Origin: Ruditapes philippinarum
Taxonomy: Eukaryota
Direction of reading: 5' to 3'
Length of the DNA stretch: 64,000 bases
NCBI RefSeq assembly: GCF_026571515.1
Contig: NW_026865826.1
Coordinates: 124,001 to 188,000, forward strand
Every line of letters begins with the position of its first letter. Positions within the stretch are counted from its first letter, which is position 1. Shown piece after piece: positions 37,421 to 51,349 of the stretch. Below the pieces are notes generated by a model that saw nothing but the letters and a program-made list of their open reading frames with translations, was not told the origin of the DNA and ran no database searches. The translations under genes were made by a program, and so were the position numbers.

Positions 37421-39185
37421 TGTCATTTTATGACGTTGGATTGACGTCGGATTCTGATGTCTAAAAAACTTTCATATACAACTAAATTCCAATGTCTATC
37501 CTACGTCGGACTCTAACGTCTGAGCAACGTTGAAACAACGTCATGTGTTTGCTGGGTAGTGATTACATACAACAAGGGTACTAAGTCGTTCACGGTAATG
37601 CTATAAAATGCTGTGAGTGTAAAATAGAAGCTTCTGTATACTTCAAAAGTTAGCAACTGTTCTGTTGAAAGTTAAAAAAATATAAAAAGAGACCTACTGT
37701 CCTTTTGAAAGTAAACATAACCTAATGTCCTGTTGGTAGCATTCGTCATGCCCCATATATCACAAATGCAACTCAAAAGAATAGATAAAAGTCAATTGGA
37801 GTCATCCACGTGTCATGACCAACCTCCACACCAAATCTTAGGAAGGTGGATTAAAGTATTCTCAAGTACTTTGCCAGACAAACTAGAAGTGGTTAAGGCT
37901 ACATGGCCTTTTGAAAAACTGACTCCAAAGTAAGAAAAGATGATCAACTAGTGATGACTAAACTTTACACCAAATTTTAGATCCCTATGTCAAAGCATTC
38001 ATTACTCATGGATCAGATATGTTTTTTATATGTGGGCAATACCAAAGTGATTCTAATTTGAACAATCTTGGAAGAGACTCACTGGATGTTTTATGCTCTA
38101 GCCAATGAGATCTTGGAAAAGTAGCTTTAATGTATAAAGAAATTCAATGTTAATGATAACACAGAAATTTTCAACCACACACCCGTGCCATTTCAATGAA
38201 ATTAAGAAATGTCGAAAAAGATAAAGGAAACAGTTTAACGCTGGATATATTTCAGGTGGAATAATGAATGCAAACAAACATTTTCAAATGATATATCTGG
38301 AAATATTGGAAATTTTTAACGTTCTTCTATTAACGTAAATGATAAAAGTACATCTTAAGCAAAATAATAACTGATAATGCCGATAAAACCTTCAATGAAC
38401 AAATGGCACATTCGTTGATAGAGGCAATGGCAGGCATAGTATATTGAAAAGAAATTTATGTAAAAGACGGCATCTAAAATTATTTGATACATAGAAATGC
38501 AGATTCACTTAAAGTGTATAAAGCTATATATCTGAAGCAAAAAGTTATTGTTTGGATTTTAAAAAAGAATACTTCCAAACTGTTTGTATGAAATAAAAAT
38601 GGCAATAAATTGCATTAAAGCGAGTGGCGCATGCAAAAAGTAATTGCTAAACGGATAAAACAATAGTTAAAATAGCAAAATGATATTTTGTTCCAGAACA
38701 TTTTATTCTGTTTACTTACATTATTCATGTGTATTAAATAACAGAGACATTCTATGTTACAACTTTTTCGGGAATCTATAAAGGTTTGTTTTTGCCAAAC
38801 TTGACTAGTATGTTCACAAAAACAGGACAATTTGCGTAACCATAAGCCACCACTGTGCTAGCTCAAAATCAAGGTCACATAGATAGATGTATGAAGAGTG
38901 AATGTCACCTCAACAAAGAAACGTGCAAAACCCGATAACTGTGATACGTGGACTTGAGTCACATTGTCACGTCAGTCATTTGTTCCGTCTGTACGTCTCC
39001 AGCGTGTCTGTGATATAAATCATACAACACAAGTATTGGGTATTTGATTATACTAAACCCATAATTAATATTTTCAACTTGAGAATAAGAATAAGATGAT
39101 ATATTCTTATTATTGTGTATCAACCATTTCCTCATACATCTTTACAAATATCAAATAAATTCTGACTTCTTTCGTTACTACTTAA

Positions 39186-39983
39186 GGTATTAGGACCCTA
39201 ATGGGCACTATCAGGAACTAAAAAATTGACATCATAGGTCAGATGTATACCTTAAAGTACACCTGTATACAAAATTTAAACAAAGTCTACCGTACAGAAA
39301 TCAAGTTATGGCCAATTTTCTGAACTCAAGTTAGGATGTTATGAGGGCTCTTTTTAGAAATGAGGAACCTTTAAATAATCAGTCTGCAATAACATTCTAA
39401 TGAAAAATGTTTTCCCATTAATTTTTGGTAAGAAACAAATAGTACCATTCAGCTAACAATCCACATAAGCAAAATTATGGTTTCTACTAAAAATTTATGA
39501 AATCTGTATAAAAATGTTACCCTACCCCACCCATTTTTACCACGTGTCTGACCATTTTTCTACTTAGGGAGCCTAATTTAAAAAATTCTTGAAATTTACC
39601 CAAATGAGTGCCTGTTTTCAAAGTTTCCCTAAATTTTTAAAAAAGTATATTGGTTGATCTTGTAAAATATGAAATACTTTTACCGTCTAGTTTTGATTAT
39701 ATTACACTTTGAAAATATCAGGTACCATATTTATTACTAGATTTAGCATAATTTAGCCAATAAATACCTATATAAATTAAAAAATCAAAATTAAACACTT
39801 TTTTCTTTCCAAATGGGATATGAGAGATACATAAATAATGTTAAAAGAAAAAAAGAAAGAAAAAAAAAAGTTGACCCTTCTGGGGATTGAACCCATGGCC
39901 CTCATTTTCAATGTAGTTAACAGTAGTTCTAGCCTATTTGAATACTCTTCAAAGCGGAGGTAATGCATTAGGGTGCTAATACC
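39186..39983. mobile_element. Kolobok-like MITE just downstream of GPCR copy 1
   Basis: TTAA TSDs; 18-bp TIRs ggtattaggaccctaatg / cattagggtgctaatacc; empty site visible in the paralogous unit at about 48285. Confidence 0.88.
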
Positions 39984-40075
39984 TTAAGCTTACATTTCGG
40001 TCTTGACTTTGTACATATATAACTATATAATCTAGTTTAGACAAAAAATATATAGAATCTAACTAAAATATAATT

Positions 40076-41143
40076 TTAAAGCACTTCAGATCGTTGAGAA
40101 GACTGTGAACTTCTTGAGTTAAAAGAGTAAGTGGTTGACCTATGAAGCCGATAACCATTACAGCATAAACAGTTGACAAAATCTGCCCGAAACTTGGAAC
40201 CACACAGTATGTAAAGAACAAAGTTAACAGCGTTGTTTGTGTACATAAATAAATGCATAGCAGCTCCAAGAAGCATAAGTCTTGCATACCGCCGTGACGT
40301 CATAGTTTCCATTGGGAACCAGTACGGCTGTCCAATCGCAAAAATCGTGAAAGGAGAAACACATACAATAAAAGCCAAACTGAGAATAATCGCTACTTTT
40401 GTAAAGTATGAAACAGTTCTCGGCATTGAATCAGACTCGCTTCTCCTTGATCTGTTTCCAGTTTTGCGTTTGAATACACTTGATTTCCGAAAGTGGCGGC
40501 TATTTTTTATTTTCCTTAGAACAATGATGTTTCCACTAAGTAAGACGCAAAATGGAATTGCAAATGCAAAAGCGAAATCAATCCATGGCCAGATTTTGAA
40601 CATGAAATGCTCATGATGCTTCATAGCTTGACAGCTTGTTTTGTTGAATACTTCATGATAATCTAGTGTAAATCCATAAAGAAGATGACTGTTTAAACAG
40701 GATAGGCATACAACACACAGCAATAATAAAATCAAAACATTTCTTCTCGTAAATATACGCCTGACCTTATGAAGGTATAGTACGCTACAGATACGTTCAG
40801 CCGTTAAAATAACTAAAATCCAAGGTGACAGCTGCAGTAAAACGTAAGTCAAATACACATGTACTTTACATGTTACGCTTGAAGAGCTCCGAATGTCTAC
40901 TTCAAATACAGACTGCAACCATTTCACAAACACAACGAAGACAAGTATAAGACTGTCAGTAAAAGTAAGAAATATCAACATTACACCAGTTGAAGTCTTC
41001 CTGTGTTTCACCTGTGCTAGAATTATCAAAGAAGCAATGTTTCCGGTCAATCCAAAGATGATTAAAATTGGAGGATATATAACTTTTATATTTTGAGCCA
41101 CTCGATAGTCCTGATAGTCCTCCAAATCCATGGTGTTTAACAT
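40076..41143 (-). CDS. Intronless rhodopsin-like (class A) GPCR, FMRFamide/sex-peptide-receptor/GPR139-like orphan group, copy 1 (355 aa)
   Basis: Seven hydrophobic segments; GN (TM1), LTFTD (TM2), Cys before TM3, ERI, IPF (TM5), CVSP (TM6), NFVLY...FR (TM7/helix 8). Confidence 0.92.
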   Translation of the reverse strand: MLNTMDLEDYQDYRVAQNIKVIYPPILIIFGLTGNIASLIILAQVKHRKTSTGVMLIFLTFTDSLILVFVVFVKWLQSVFEVDIRSSSSVTCKVHVYLTYVLLQLSPWILVILTAERICSVLYLHKVRRIFTRRNVLILLLLCVVCLSCLNSHLLYGFTLDYHEVFNKTSCQAMKHHEHFMFKIWPWIDFAFAFAIPFCVLLSGNIIVLRKIKNSRHFRKSSVFKRKTGNRSRRSESDSMPRTVSYFTKVAIILSLAFIVCVSPFTIFAIGQPYWFPMETMTSRRYARLMLLGAAMHLFMYTNNAVNFVLYILCGSKFRADFVNCLCCNGYRLHRSTTYSFNSRSSQSSQRSEVL

Positions 41144-41874
41144 GTGCTTAACCTTCGTATAACAATAATATCTAAGTAATCCGTTACATTGTATTATATC
41201 TATATTTTACAGGGTTATTTTTGCTATACAGGAGCAATCATTATCAAACAATACGTAATACATTAAAACTGCTCGTTCATAGGCCAAAATATGGTCAATA
41301 CTTCAACATACTTAACAGTCATTAAAGTTTCACAAAGTGCACTCATAATATTGCGTATTTCCGAACTCATAAGTACTTTTAGGCATCCTGTTTTAATCTT
41401 ATTCCTAATATTAATTAGTATTTACAGCTTTATAATATTTCCGGACCCCTTTAAAATTAACTTCTGTTTAAAATTATGATATTCGGTAAAAGTGTAAAGT
41501 GATGAATTTTGCATGCGTACATAATTACATGTTATTCATTACACGAAAAGGGACAGGTTTAAGAAAATATTCATCTTTGCTACTCTTTGAAGCTACATTA
41601 ATAACTATCAATGCATTTCATCTTTTTTCCTTTCAAAATAGATTTGTAAAATATAATCTTTTACTGAAACGATTAGGAATGAACAGGTCTTTGACAAAAT
41701 ATTGCCTCGAAATATCGCAATATCTTGCTAATAACTTCTCTTCCTATTAAGTTGACTGATCCATAAGACACATTTCGTCATTCCTTTGATAGATCTGAAG
41801 ATTAAAAGCAAGAACAATAAACAAACAAACAAAATTGACGAGAAGACGGAAAACCGTACATATTTTATCATTAC

Positions 41875-42450
41875 ATTAACCTGTTAACATTCTGAGGATA
41901 TAATTCAAAATTGAGTTTGACTAGAGGGCCAGACTTCAGTTGCATATTCTTGTTGTGGTCGAACAAGGGTCTTAATACCATGATCATAAGAAGTTCTGAG
42001 TTTACCTTTATATTACAGCGTAAGGACCAAGGGTTTGGTTTGTCTTTTTTGGTTGACGTGCTTAAGTGTGTACGCTAAGTGTGCAAAATGAAACAATATG
42101 AGGTGGTAGGATGTTCCAGTGTGTGAATGTTTATGTGCTCGTCCATAACAGATCATTTGATATATCCATGGCCAGGTGTTTAGCCGATGTTACCACCTAG
42201 CTCTAGAATAGATCCATGAAAAACAAAAAGCAGTTGGTATAGAATGATTACTTCGTGTGACGTAGATTACTTCATATTGGGATGGGTTGAACTCTATGTC
42301 CCAATCCAACTCTCACTGTTCTTAATGATTAAAGTCTTTTTGAAAGATTTCTGATTGCTGACCTGATGTTAAGGTTAGGATATAGCAGTATCATCAGCAA
42401 AAAGACGGACATGAATGAAGACGTCTTCTGTAAGAGGTCGTTTATGCATG
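41875..42450 (-). mobile_element. Decayed non-LTR retrotransposon (LINE) RT 3' fragment
   Basis: Minus strand VRLFADDT at about 42388-42410; paralogous to 51350-51840. Confidence 0.65.
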
Positions 42451-44507
42451 CGTAGATTAATAGACGGAGATATGAATTCCGCTTACAAATCCTATTGTTT
42501 ACCACAAAAACTCAAATGCTTATCATAATAACCGTAATAAAAAGAAAGAAAAGTTACATAAATTTTCATTAAAAAATAAGAAAAAATTTTTTTTTCAAAA
42601 AAAGAAAATAAAAGAAAAGGCGAAAATAAAAGCACATTCTTCCAAACATACATGTATATGCAAGGGAAATAATTAAATTTTCATATAGTTGTCATTGGAA
42701 AAAACGTCGTGGGAATAAAATTGACGAGAAAACTGAAAACCGTATATGTTTCATCATTACATTAACCTGTTAACATTCTGAGGATATTTTTTAATTTGAG
42801 TTTGACTGAAAGGGTTCTGAACTTATCTTAATATTAATTAAGACACCAATATATGATACTAGTATTTTAATAAAATATGACCTTGATTTACAGCAGTTAC
42901 ATTGTTTGCATCGAGTTTCGGGGATAGCGTGTCAAAATAACTAAGGTCTGTGAAATTAACTAAAAAAGACTAACATTTTGTCAGTGACATAGAATGGAAA
43001 CACCCTTTTACATATATGATGTTTTTTGTGTATTTGTGTGTGAAAATGCTTCAGTGGGTTTAGGAAATTTTGTTTAAAGTTGTGTTGCAAAAACAAGCAT
43101 TGCAAGTTATGATGAAAGGACGTGAGTATTTAGCAAGTATAATATAACAAGGGTACCAAGTCGCTCACCTGAGAACAGAATAGTAATGCTGTAAAGTGCT
43201 GTGAGTATAAACTAGAAGGTTCTGTATACTTCAAAAGTTATCAACTACTCTGTTGAAAGTTAAAAAAATTAAACAAAGACCTACTGTCCTTTTGAAAGTT
43301 AACAGAACCTACTGTCCTGTTGATAGCATTCGTCATGGCCCATATATCACAAATGCAACACAAAAGAATAGCTAAAAGTCAAGAGGGGTCTTCTACATGT
43401 CACGACTAACCTCCATAACAAACTTAGGAAGGTGTATCAAAGTATTCCTTAGTACTTTGCCAGACAAACTAGAAGTGGTTAACGCCACATTGCCCTTTGA
43501 AAAACTGACTTCAAAATCATAAAGGATGATCAAAAGTGATGACTAAACTTAACACCAAATTTTAGATCTGTAGGCCAAAACATTCTTTAGTTATGGATTA
43601 GATATGTTTTTTTCGTGGGCAATCATATATATCTAGAAATATTGGAAATTTAAACGTTCTGCTTTTTGGCACATTCGTTGATAGAGGCAATGGCAGGGAT
43701 AGTATATTGAAAGGAAACATATACGACGACATTTAAAACATTATTTGAAACATAGAAATGCAGATTTACTGAACACGCTGCATTTGCATAAACGTTACTA
43801 CAAGATATGCATGAATCGTACAAAGAAAACATTAAATCATGAACGATGTCTTGAAAAAACACTAGTCTAAAACATCACAATACACCGGGTGATCATATCG
43901 GATACTTAATATGTAGTTTTGATAAAAATGACGAAAGCAGTGCATATAAGGAACTCGTCGTCTCTATTACATCTGAGAGAGCGTTTAAATCATCTAAGGT
44001 ATTGAACAGAAAATAAATCTCCAGAAAATGAATATATATTTAATTGAAGCGCGTGATCTGTTAATACAGTCATTAACTATTTTATTTAACATTATTGAAT
44101 CGGGAGAATTCCTGCAACATTGTCATATGGTGTTCAGTAAAATGAGGCATTGATGCTCTTGTATCAAAGACTGTACAATCGATAAGCAGTAAAGTATAAA
44201 GACATAATAATGCCAATTAAAATAAAATGTTATTTATATTGAACATATCCACTGTCATATTCAATAGTGTTGCACAAATGCTTATTATACTTCCAGCACA
44301 TAACTTGATGGGCCTTTACAGGAATAACTTTGTCCTGTCGGTCATTGTGTCCGTCTGTCCGTCTCCAGCTTGTCTGTACTATAAATCCTGTTCCCTTTAA
44401 AGGTTTATTTTATTAAAACTTGACTAGTATGTTTACACCAACAGGACAATTTGCGGAACCATAAGCCACCACTGTGCCTGCTCAGAATCAAGGTCACATA
44501 GATATAT

Positions 44508-47500
44508 GAGCCGTGTCATGACAGGTCAAATGACGTAATCGTAGAAACGCGACATCAAAGTTAATGCCAATATTTCTTAATGATATAACGCATGCTTTTC
44601 CAATCACCACTGTGCAGTTTTCAGAGAAAAATAATCTGATCTATCATTTTTCAGAAATCTCTATAATATATATATATATTTATTAACACGTCAATTGCAA
44701 ACTGATAATATCGTCAGTGAACAGAACATGGTAAACATCGACAGATATAGCAATATACATGTACATTCAAATATCTCTTCAACTGTATAAAATTATACCA
44801 CACATCACGGTCAAGTATACTTTGTTCGTTTTTGGCCCATTCGTGTTTGCTTATTCATTCGGTTTAACCCCCGCAGACATGCATTTACACAATTTTAGCA
44901 TATTTTATGTCTGAAGTACACATATTTTGAGTTTTATTGTTCTACCATACATTTGGCTATACAGAGAATAATAAACAATTGCAATGGGTGATTTGATCAG
45001 TTAAAGGTTTTGTGTTCTGCTTTTATGGCAAAACCTGATAATTTTAATTTAACATTGTTGTTTTCTTTATCGTATTGATGTTTTAAATTGATAATCAAAA
45101 ACAGAGATATTGTTTAAAATATGTTTTAATAAGTTAGGAATCGAACGTATTACCTCTTTAATCCGCCCACTAAGCTACCTGTTTAGTAATTACTTATGCT
45201 TAACGATAAGATATTTTTGTCAACAGTTTGAGCTGTTACTTGAAATAAATTATAGCTGTCATATGTTTCTGTGCATATCTTAATATCCGTCCCCAGAGGA
45301 CCTGCCAATCGGCAGGTTTCCGAAGGACGGATATTGCAATTCGATTGGAAATTTCTGTCCTTACACTGGTAACTATCTTCGTACAGTAGCGTATGAAAAT
45401 ACAACTTCATTCACAACGGCGAAATAACGTCATCCAAAGCATGCCATTGTATAGCACACGACTCATCTGGCACCCCCCTGACAGATGAAATATCCGGCAT
45501 GGGTAAAAGTTACGGAAACACCAGTCTGATATGCAAGAAATACTCTGTCAAATCATTGTAATAGTTTATGTTTAGAAATGAAAGTCTGGGTTTCTATTTA
45601 GTGATATAAAACCCATAGTATTCAGAGTATATCACTCATAGTGTTGTTAACATAGCTTTGCCGATTTTTTTGTGGCCTACGTATTAAGTTATGATTCCGT
45701 AAGTTTCCCTATAGATGTATTGTGTATCTTGTCCTTTCAAAGCATATTTCTCGGTTCAATGACAATATCTTCACTAAAGTAATCTTTTTACTCCACAATG
45801 ATGACATTATTCTGCTGTTAAACTCATTTTTTAAATCACAACTGCGCTGAATCGTACTTAAAGTACCACAAGAAAAAAAATTCAAGGAAATTTATGAGTT
45901 GACAAATTTAATTTCATCTGTTAAAACGACACGTGATATTGTCCCTGCAAAAGTGAACACTATCAGGGCTTACTTACTTAAAGTAATTAGACAGTTATCT
46001 CATTTAGTCTTTCGATTGTTATTTTATTTCCAATGTCAAGTTGTTTTCCAAGTATTAATTCTCTTTAATAATATGTATGTATATAGTAACATGTAAAACT
46101 TTAATGTCAATAGAATAAGGAAGATATTACATTACGTTGGTATCATTGTTTAATAATTTAACGGACATAAAATAATAAGAGAATATAATTAAGAGACATT
46201 TGTTCTGTTAAGTGAATGTAAGTAAGACACTTGAAGTTGTTGAAATACATTCCTGCTTTATATAAAATTAAATGGGAAGAAAATAAACCGAAATAATTTT
46301 GTCTTGTTTCATGATAATTATTGCAATACCAGTTTTGGTCTCTGAGAATATGGCATCGTAAATTATTGATAGAAGCAGAAAATGGATGATAATCAGGTAA
46401 AACTGAATGACAATTGAGTGATTCAGACTAAATCGGATAATTTCAGTAAATTGCAGCTACGTGCTGAATGACCCCGAAAAACATAGTATTGAGATATTGA
46501 AATCATTAAATTCTTTAAAATTTCATTATTAAACATAATGTTATGATATCGTTAAAGCAGCATACCTCAAGATCCATGTTTATTTTCATAACAATTCGGA
46601 AAATGTATTTAAAAGTACAATATTGTGAAGTGAACAAAGGAAGCAGTTTACATATTGCAAACGACACTTACAATCTACGTAAAATAGCCCCTACTGTATT
46701 ATATTGTTGATTGCTTTGTTTTTCTTTTTGTTCTTGTTTTTTTCAATATGGTATACATGTACATTTATATAATCACACAACGACGTGACAATCCATCAAC
46801 ATGTCCATACGCACTCGTGAAAAATAATTCTCTAACTTCTTTGTGTGATATAACATAGCATTTTTTACAGAACAACTAAATATCCTCTATTTACATGTAC
46901 GCACATTTTTGAGTAAAACGTTTATGACTATCCACGGTAATAATGCCGTCCTAGAACCTATCAGATGACCTTGTATCGACCATTATTCCAGAACAATTTC
47001 TCGTAAAGAAGACGAATATAACCGAAGTTTGACTGAGCATTCAGTTTTTTTTCACCATATTTCTACTGCGTTACTAACACAGCAAGGGCTATTTTTTATA
47101 TATGATCTAAAATTTTCATGAAAATTGGAGCAAAAATCTTGAGCGTGCTGCTTTGAGGATATGATATCACAGTTACGCAGTATTTTAATTGTATGTTTAT
47201 ATCATGTCTTGGAAATAAGATGATTCTTGAATGTATTCAAAAAATGATATCTCATTTTTTATTTATTCTTGCAATTTTTTGAAACATAAATGTTGGTATT
47301 TCTGTGCACATTCATTACCTGAGTGTTTTGACCTTATATAAGGATAGTTCCACATACTATATTCAAAAATGCACATCGTATAATGATATATTGACATCAT
47401 ATAAAGACACATTGACATCAAATAGTGTTCAGTTGACTACATATAAAAATGGATCCACATAATATATTATATATTAATGAGTGCACCTTGTATAAGGAAA

Positions 47501-47948
47501 TGTTGACTCAATATATTGCTATTTGGACATAACAACGTTCAGGTTTATAATAATAAGACAGTCAAGGCTTTCCATATACTTGTATATGTCTATTCGTGCA
47601 ACAAGTCGTTACATGTACTTAAGATGGCTTACGATTGACACGGTACTCTTTAACAATACAAATGTGAGCTTCGTCGTTAGTAACGTTAATAATTTACATG
47701 CTAAGATACATGTTTATAGGAGTATATGTCAAGCAAAACGATGATTCAGTTTATTCACGTTGCATTTTTAATCCGTCGAATAAAACGACGTCACTTATAG
47801 TGTTAAAAAGTGTTATAAATCAAGTTTTCTTTGTCTAAAGATAATAAATTTTGTCTTGATGATTTAGAAAAGATTGCATTTTGAGAATCTTTGAAAAAAG
47901 TAAAATGTAAAATATGACCACTATGTTGGAAATGTCATGTCAGGGCTC
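44508..47948. mobile_element. 3.4-kb Sola-like TIR element (GAG termini, 4-bp ATAT TSD), no intact transposase
   Basis: ATAT|gagccgtgtcatgaca ... tgtcatgtcagggctc|ATAT; absent from duplication unit 1 (about 38885). Confidence 0.7.
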
Positions 47949-48379
47949 ATATGCAGATTAAATGCCAAGCGATAATTGTAATCTCTATAAATTCTATAAT
48001 CATCGGGTTGGCCCATATTGCCACCTCAACAAAGAAACGTGCAAAAACCCGATAACTGTGGTGCTTTGGCTAAAGAGCTGTCAGTCATTTGTAACGTCTG
48101 TCCGTATCCAGCGTGTCTGTGATATAAATCATGCAGCACTAGTATTGGGTATTTGATTATACTAAACCCATAATTAATATTTTCAACTTGAGAATAAGAA
48201 ATAAATGATATATTATTTTATTGTGTAACAACCATTTCCTCATACATTGTTCGAAATATCAAATAAATTCTGAGTTCTTTACAACTTAAAGTTACATTTC
48301 CGTCTTGACTTTGTACATATATAACTATATAATCTATTTTGGACAAAAATAATATATAGAATCTAACTAAAATATATTT

Positions 48380-49447
48380 TTAAAGCACTTCAGATCGTTG
48401 AGAAGACTGTGAACTTCTTGAGTTGAAAGAGTAAGTGGTTGACCTATGAAGCCTACAACCTTTACGGCATAAACAGTTGACAAAATCTGCCCGAAACTTG
48501 GAGCCACACAATATGTAAAGAACAAAGTTAATAGCGTTGTTTATATACATAAATAAATGCAAAACGGCTTCAAGAAGCATAAGTCTTGCATACCGCCGTG
48601 ACGTCATAGTTTCCATTGGGAACCAGTACGGCTGTCCAATCGCAAAAATCGTGAAAGGAGAAACACATACAATAAAAGCCAAACTGAGAATAATCGCTAC
48701 TTTTGTAAAGTATGAAACAGTTTTCGTCATTGAATCAGACTCGCTTCTCCTTGATCTGTTTCCAATTTTGCGTTTGAATACACTTGATTTCCGAAAGTGG
48801 CGGCTATTTTTTATTTTCCTTAGAACAATGATGTTTCCAGTTAGTAAAACGCAAAATGGAATTGCAAATGCAAAAGCGAAATCAATCCATGGCCAGATTT
48901 TGAACATGAAATGCTCATGATGTTTCATAGCTTGACAGCTTGTTTTGTTGAATACTTCATGATAATCTAGTGTAAATCCATAAAGAAGATGACTGTTCAA
49001 ACAGGCTAGACATACAACACACAGCAATGATAAAATCAAAACATTTCTTCTCGTAAATATACGCTTGACCTTATGAATGTATAGTACGCTACAAATACGT
49101 TCAGTTGTCAGAATTACTAAAATCCAAGGTGACAGCTGCATTAAAAAGTATGTAAAATACACGTGTACTTTACATGTTACGCTAGAAGAGCTCCGAACGT
49201 CTACTTCAAATGCATACTGTAACCATTTCACAAACACAACGAAGACCAGTATAAGACTGTCAGTAAAAGTAAGAAATATCAACATTACACCAGTTGAAGT
49301 CTTCCTGTGTTTCACCTGTGCTAGAATTATCAAAGAAGCAATGTTTCCGGTCAATCCAAAGATGATTAAAATTGGAGGATATATAACTTTTATATTTTGA
49401 GCCACTCGATAGTCCTGATAGTCCTCCAAATCCATGTTGTTTAACAT
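48380..49447 (-). CDS. Intronless class A GPCR, copy 2 (355 aa; 24 aa differences from copy 1)
   Basis: Same motifs as copy 1; intact ORF. Confidence 0.92.
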   Translation of the reverse strand: MLNNMDLEDYQDYRVAQNIKVIYPPILIIFGLTGNIASLIILAQVKHRKTSTGVMLIFLTFTDSLILVFVVFVKWLQYAFEVDVRSSSSVTCKVHVYFTYFLMQLSPWILVILTTERICSVLYIHKVKRIFTRRNVLILSLLCVVCLACLNSHLLYGFTLDYHEVFNKTSCQAMKHHEHFMFKIWPWIDFAFAFAIPFCVLLTGNIIVLRKIKNSRHFRKSSVFKRKIGNRSRRSESDSMTKTVSYFTKVAIILSLAFIVCVSPFTIFAIGQPYWFPMETMTSRRYARLMLLEAVLHLFMYINNAINFVLYILCGSKFRADFVNCLCRKGCRLHRSTTYSFNSRSSQSSQRSEVL

Positions 49448-50070
49448 GTGCTTAACCTTCGTATAACAATAATATCTAAGTGATCCGTTTCTTTGTACTG
49501 TATCTAAATCTTACGGTGTCATTTTTTGTTATGCAGGAGCAATCATTATCAAACAATACATAATACATTAAAACTTCTCGTTCATAGGCCAAAAGTTGGT
49601 CAATACTTCAACATTATCATTTTCACAAAATGCACTTGTAATATTGCGTACTTCCGAACTCATAAGTACTTTTGAGCATCCTTCTTTATAATGTTATTCC
49701 TAATATTAGTTAGTATTTACAGCGTTATATTTACACTATAACGTACATCCGGACTTATTTAAACTTAACTTCTGTTTAAAATTATGATATGCGGCAAAGT
49801 GTCAAGTGATAAATTTTGCATGCATACATAAGCATATTATCTAGTACACGAGAAGAAAAAGGTTTAAGAAAATATTCATCTTTGCCGCTATTTGAAGCTC
49901 CTTTAATATTTATCAATGCATTTCATCTTTTTCTTTTCCAAATAGATTTGTAAAATATAATCTTTTACTGAAACGATTAGGAATGAACACGTCTGTGTCA
50001 AAATATTGCCTCGAAATATCGCAATATGTCGCTTATACTTTCTCTTTCTAAGAAGTTAACTGATTTATAA

Positions 50071-51217
50071 AATATGATAAACAAGATCAACATGGAAAAG
50101 CGGCGTTCAATAAACGCAACCCCCACACGACCCAGCAGGAAGAACCAGTGACAACGAGCCCACGAGGACTCCAAAAAAAAGGACAGGGCACAAGACAGAG
50201 CATGGACAGGCTAATCTCTAAAATGATACATAAGAAATAAAAGTAACCACCAAGAAAATCAAAGAAAATAAATAAATGATTAATAGGCCCACTAAGTAAA
50301 GGGCACTAGGGAAGGGGATAGGATATGCGGGGAAGGAGGGGGGTCAAAATTAAAGAAACCATACTCGGGGCAAAAGGGAAGATATTTATCGTAGACGAGA
50401 AAACAACAAGGACACAAACAAAATTGTCACCAAAGCTGTATGAAACAACATTACATACATCTGGGGTACAAAAGGGCACCGCCTTGGAACGGTCATCAGC
50501 ATAAGTACTACTGGGGTGTTTAAACGGATTAATGGTGCACCAAAACTCACTCTTAGCCCTTCCATGTTCCTATAAACGAGAAGGTGTATATAAAATGATC
50601 CCCCGCCAAGTGAAATCCTAACAGTTGTTATGGTTACAAAAAGGAAAAATAAGTAAAACACCATAATGATCATACAGAAACATATAAAAGAAAACCCAAT
50701 GACCATAACAAAATTACTCAATGTCTTAAAAGAAGACAGAGCAACAAGAAAATCACCTACAAGGGCCCGACGAAGCAAGACAGAAGACGAACATTAAGGC
50801 AATTTAGTCCCAAAGGGATTTAAGAACTGACTATCAGAACAGTCTCCCATTTGGTCCGTCAGATGTAATCAAAAGAAAAAAGAGTTGTGTCCAACTGTAA
50901 AAGGGTTGAACACCAATCATGCGGTATGTCTTAAAATAATTGGGTCGTAATTTCTTTTATGATTTAGTAAAAACAGCAGAAAACTTACCATGACCCAAAA
51001 TCTTTCAAAGTTTGTAAATCACATCGCCATAAATACCAAGCTATCTTAACCTTTGTCACAGAAGTGTTTTTAAATCACTATCAAATTTTGAAATTAAATC
51101 AAAATTACGATTGTAAAATTTGCAAAATGTTTCCGTAATTTATGATAGCGGTAGCCCTGATTTAGAAGCTTGCTGGAAATGAAAATAGTCCGCTCGTTGA
51201 AATCCTTTACGTTGCAA
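50071..51217 (-). mobile_element. 5'-truncated Penelope-like retroelement
   Basis: Minus-strand decayed frame KDFNERTIFISSKLLNQGYRYHKLRKHF..FYNRNFDLISKF..YGDVIYKL..ILRHTA*LVFNPFTV; absent from unit 1 (about 41765); the same terminus recurs at 63970-64000. Confidence 0.65.
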
Positions 51218-51349
51218 AACAGAGTTCGTCGTTCGTTTGATAGATCTGAAAATTAAAGGCAAGACCAATAAGCAAATACGGATTGGAATAAACGTCGTGG
51301 TTATAAAATTGACGAGAAAACGGAAAACCGTCTTTGTTTCATCATTACA

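Noticed and set aside
40233-49400. Plus-strand ORFs (127, 67 and 107 aa) conserved in both duplicates
   Set aside because: Antisense shadows of the GPCR frames; conservation is explained by the duplication
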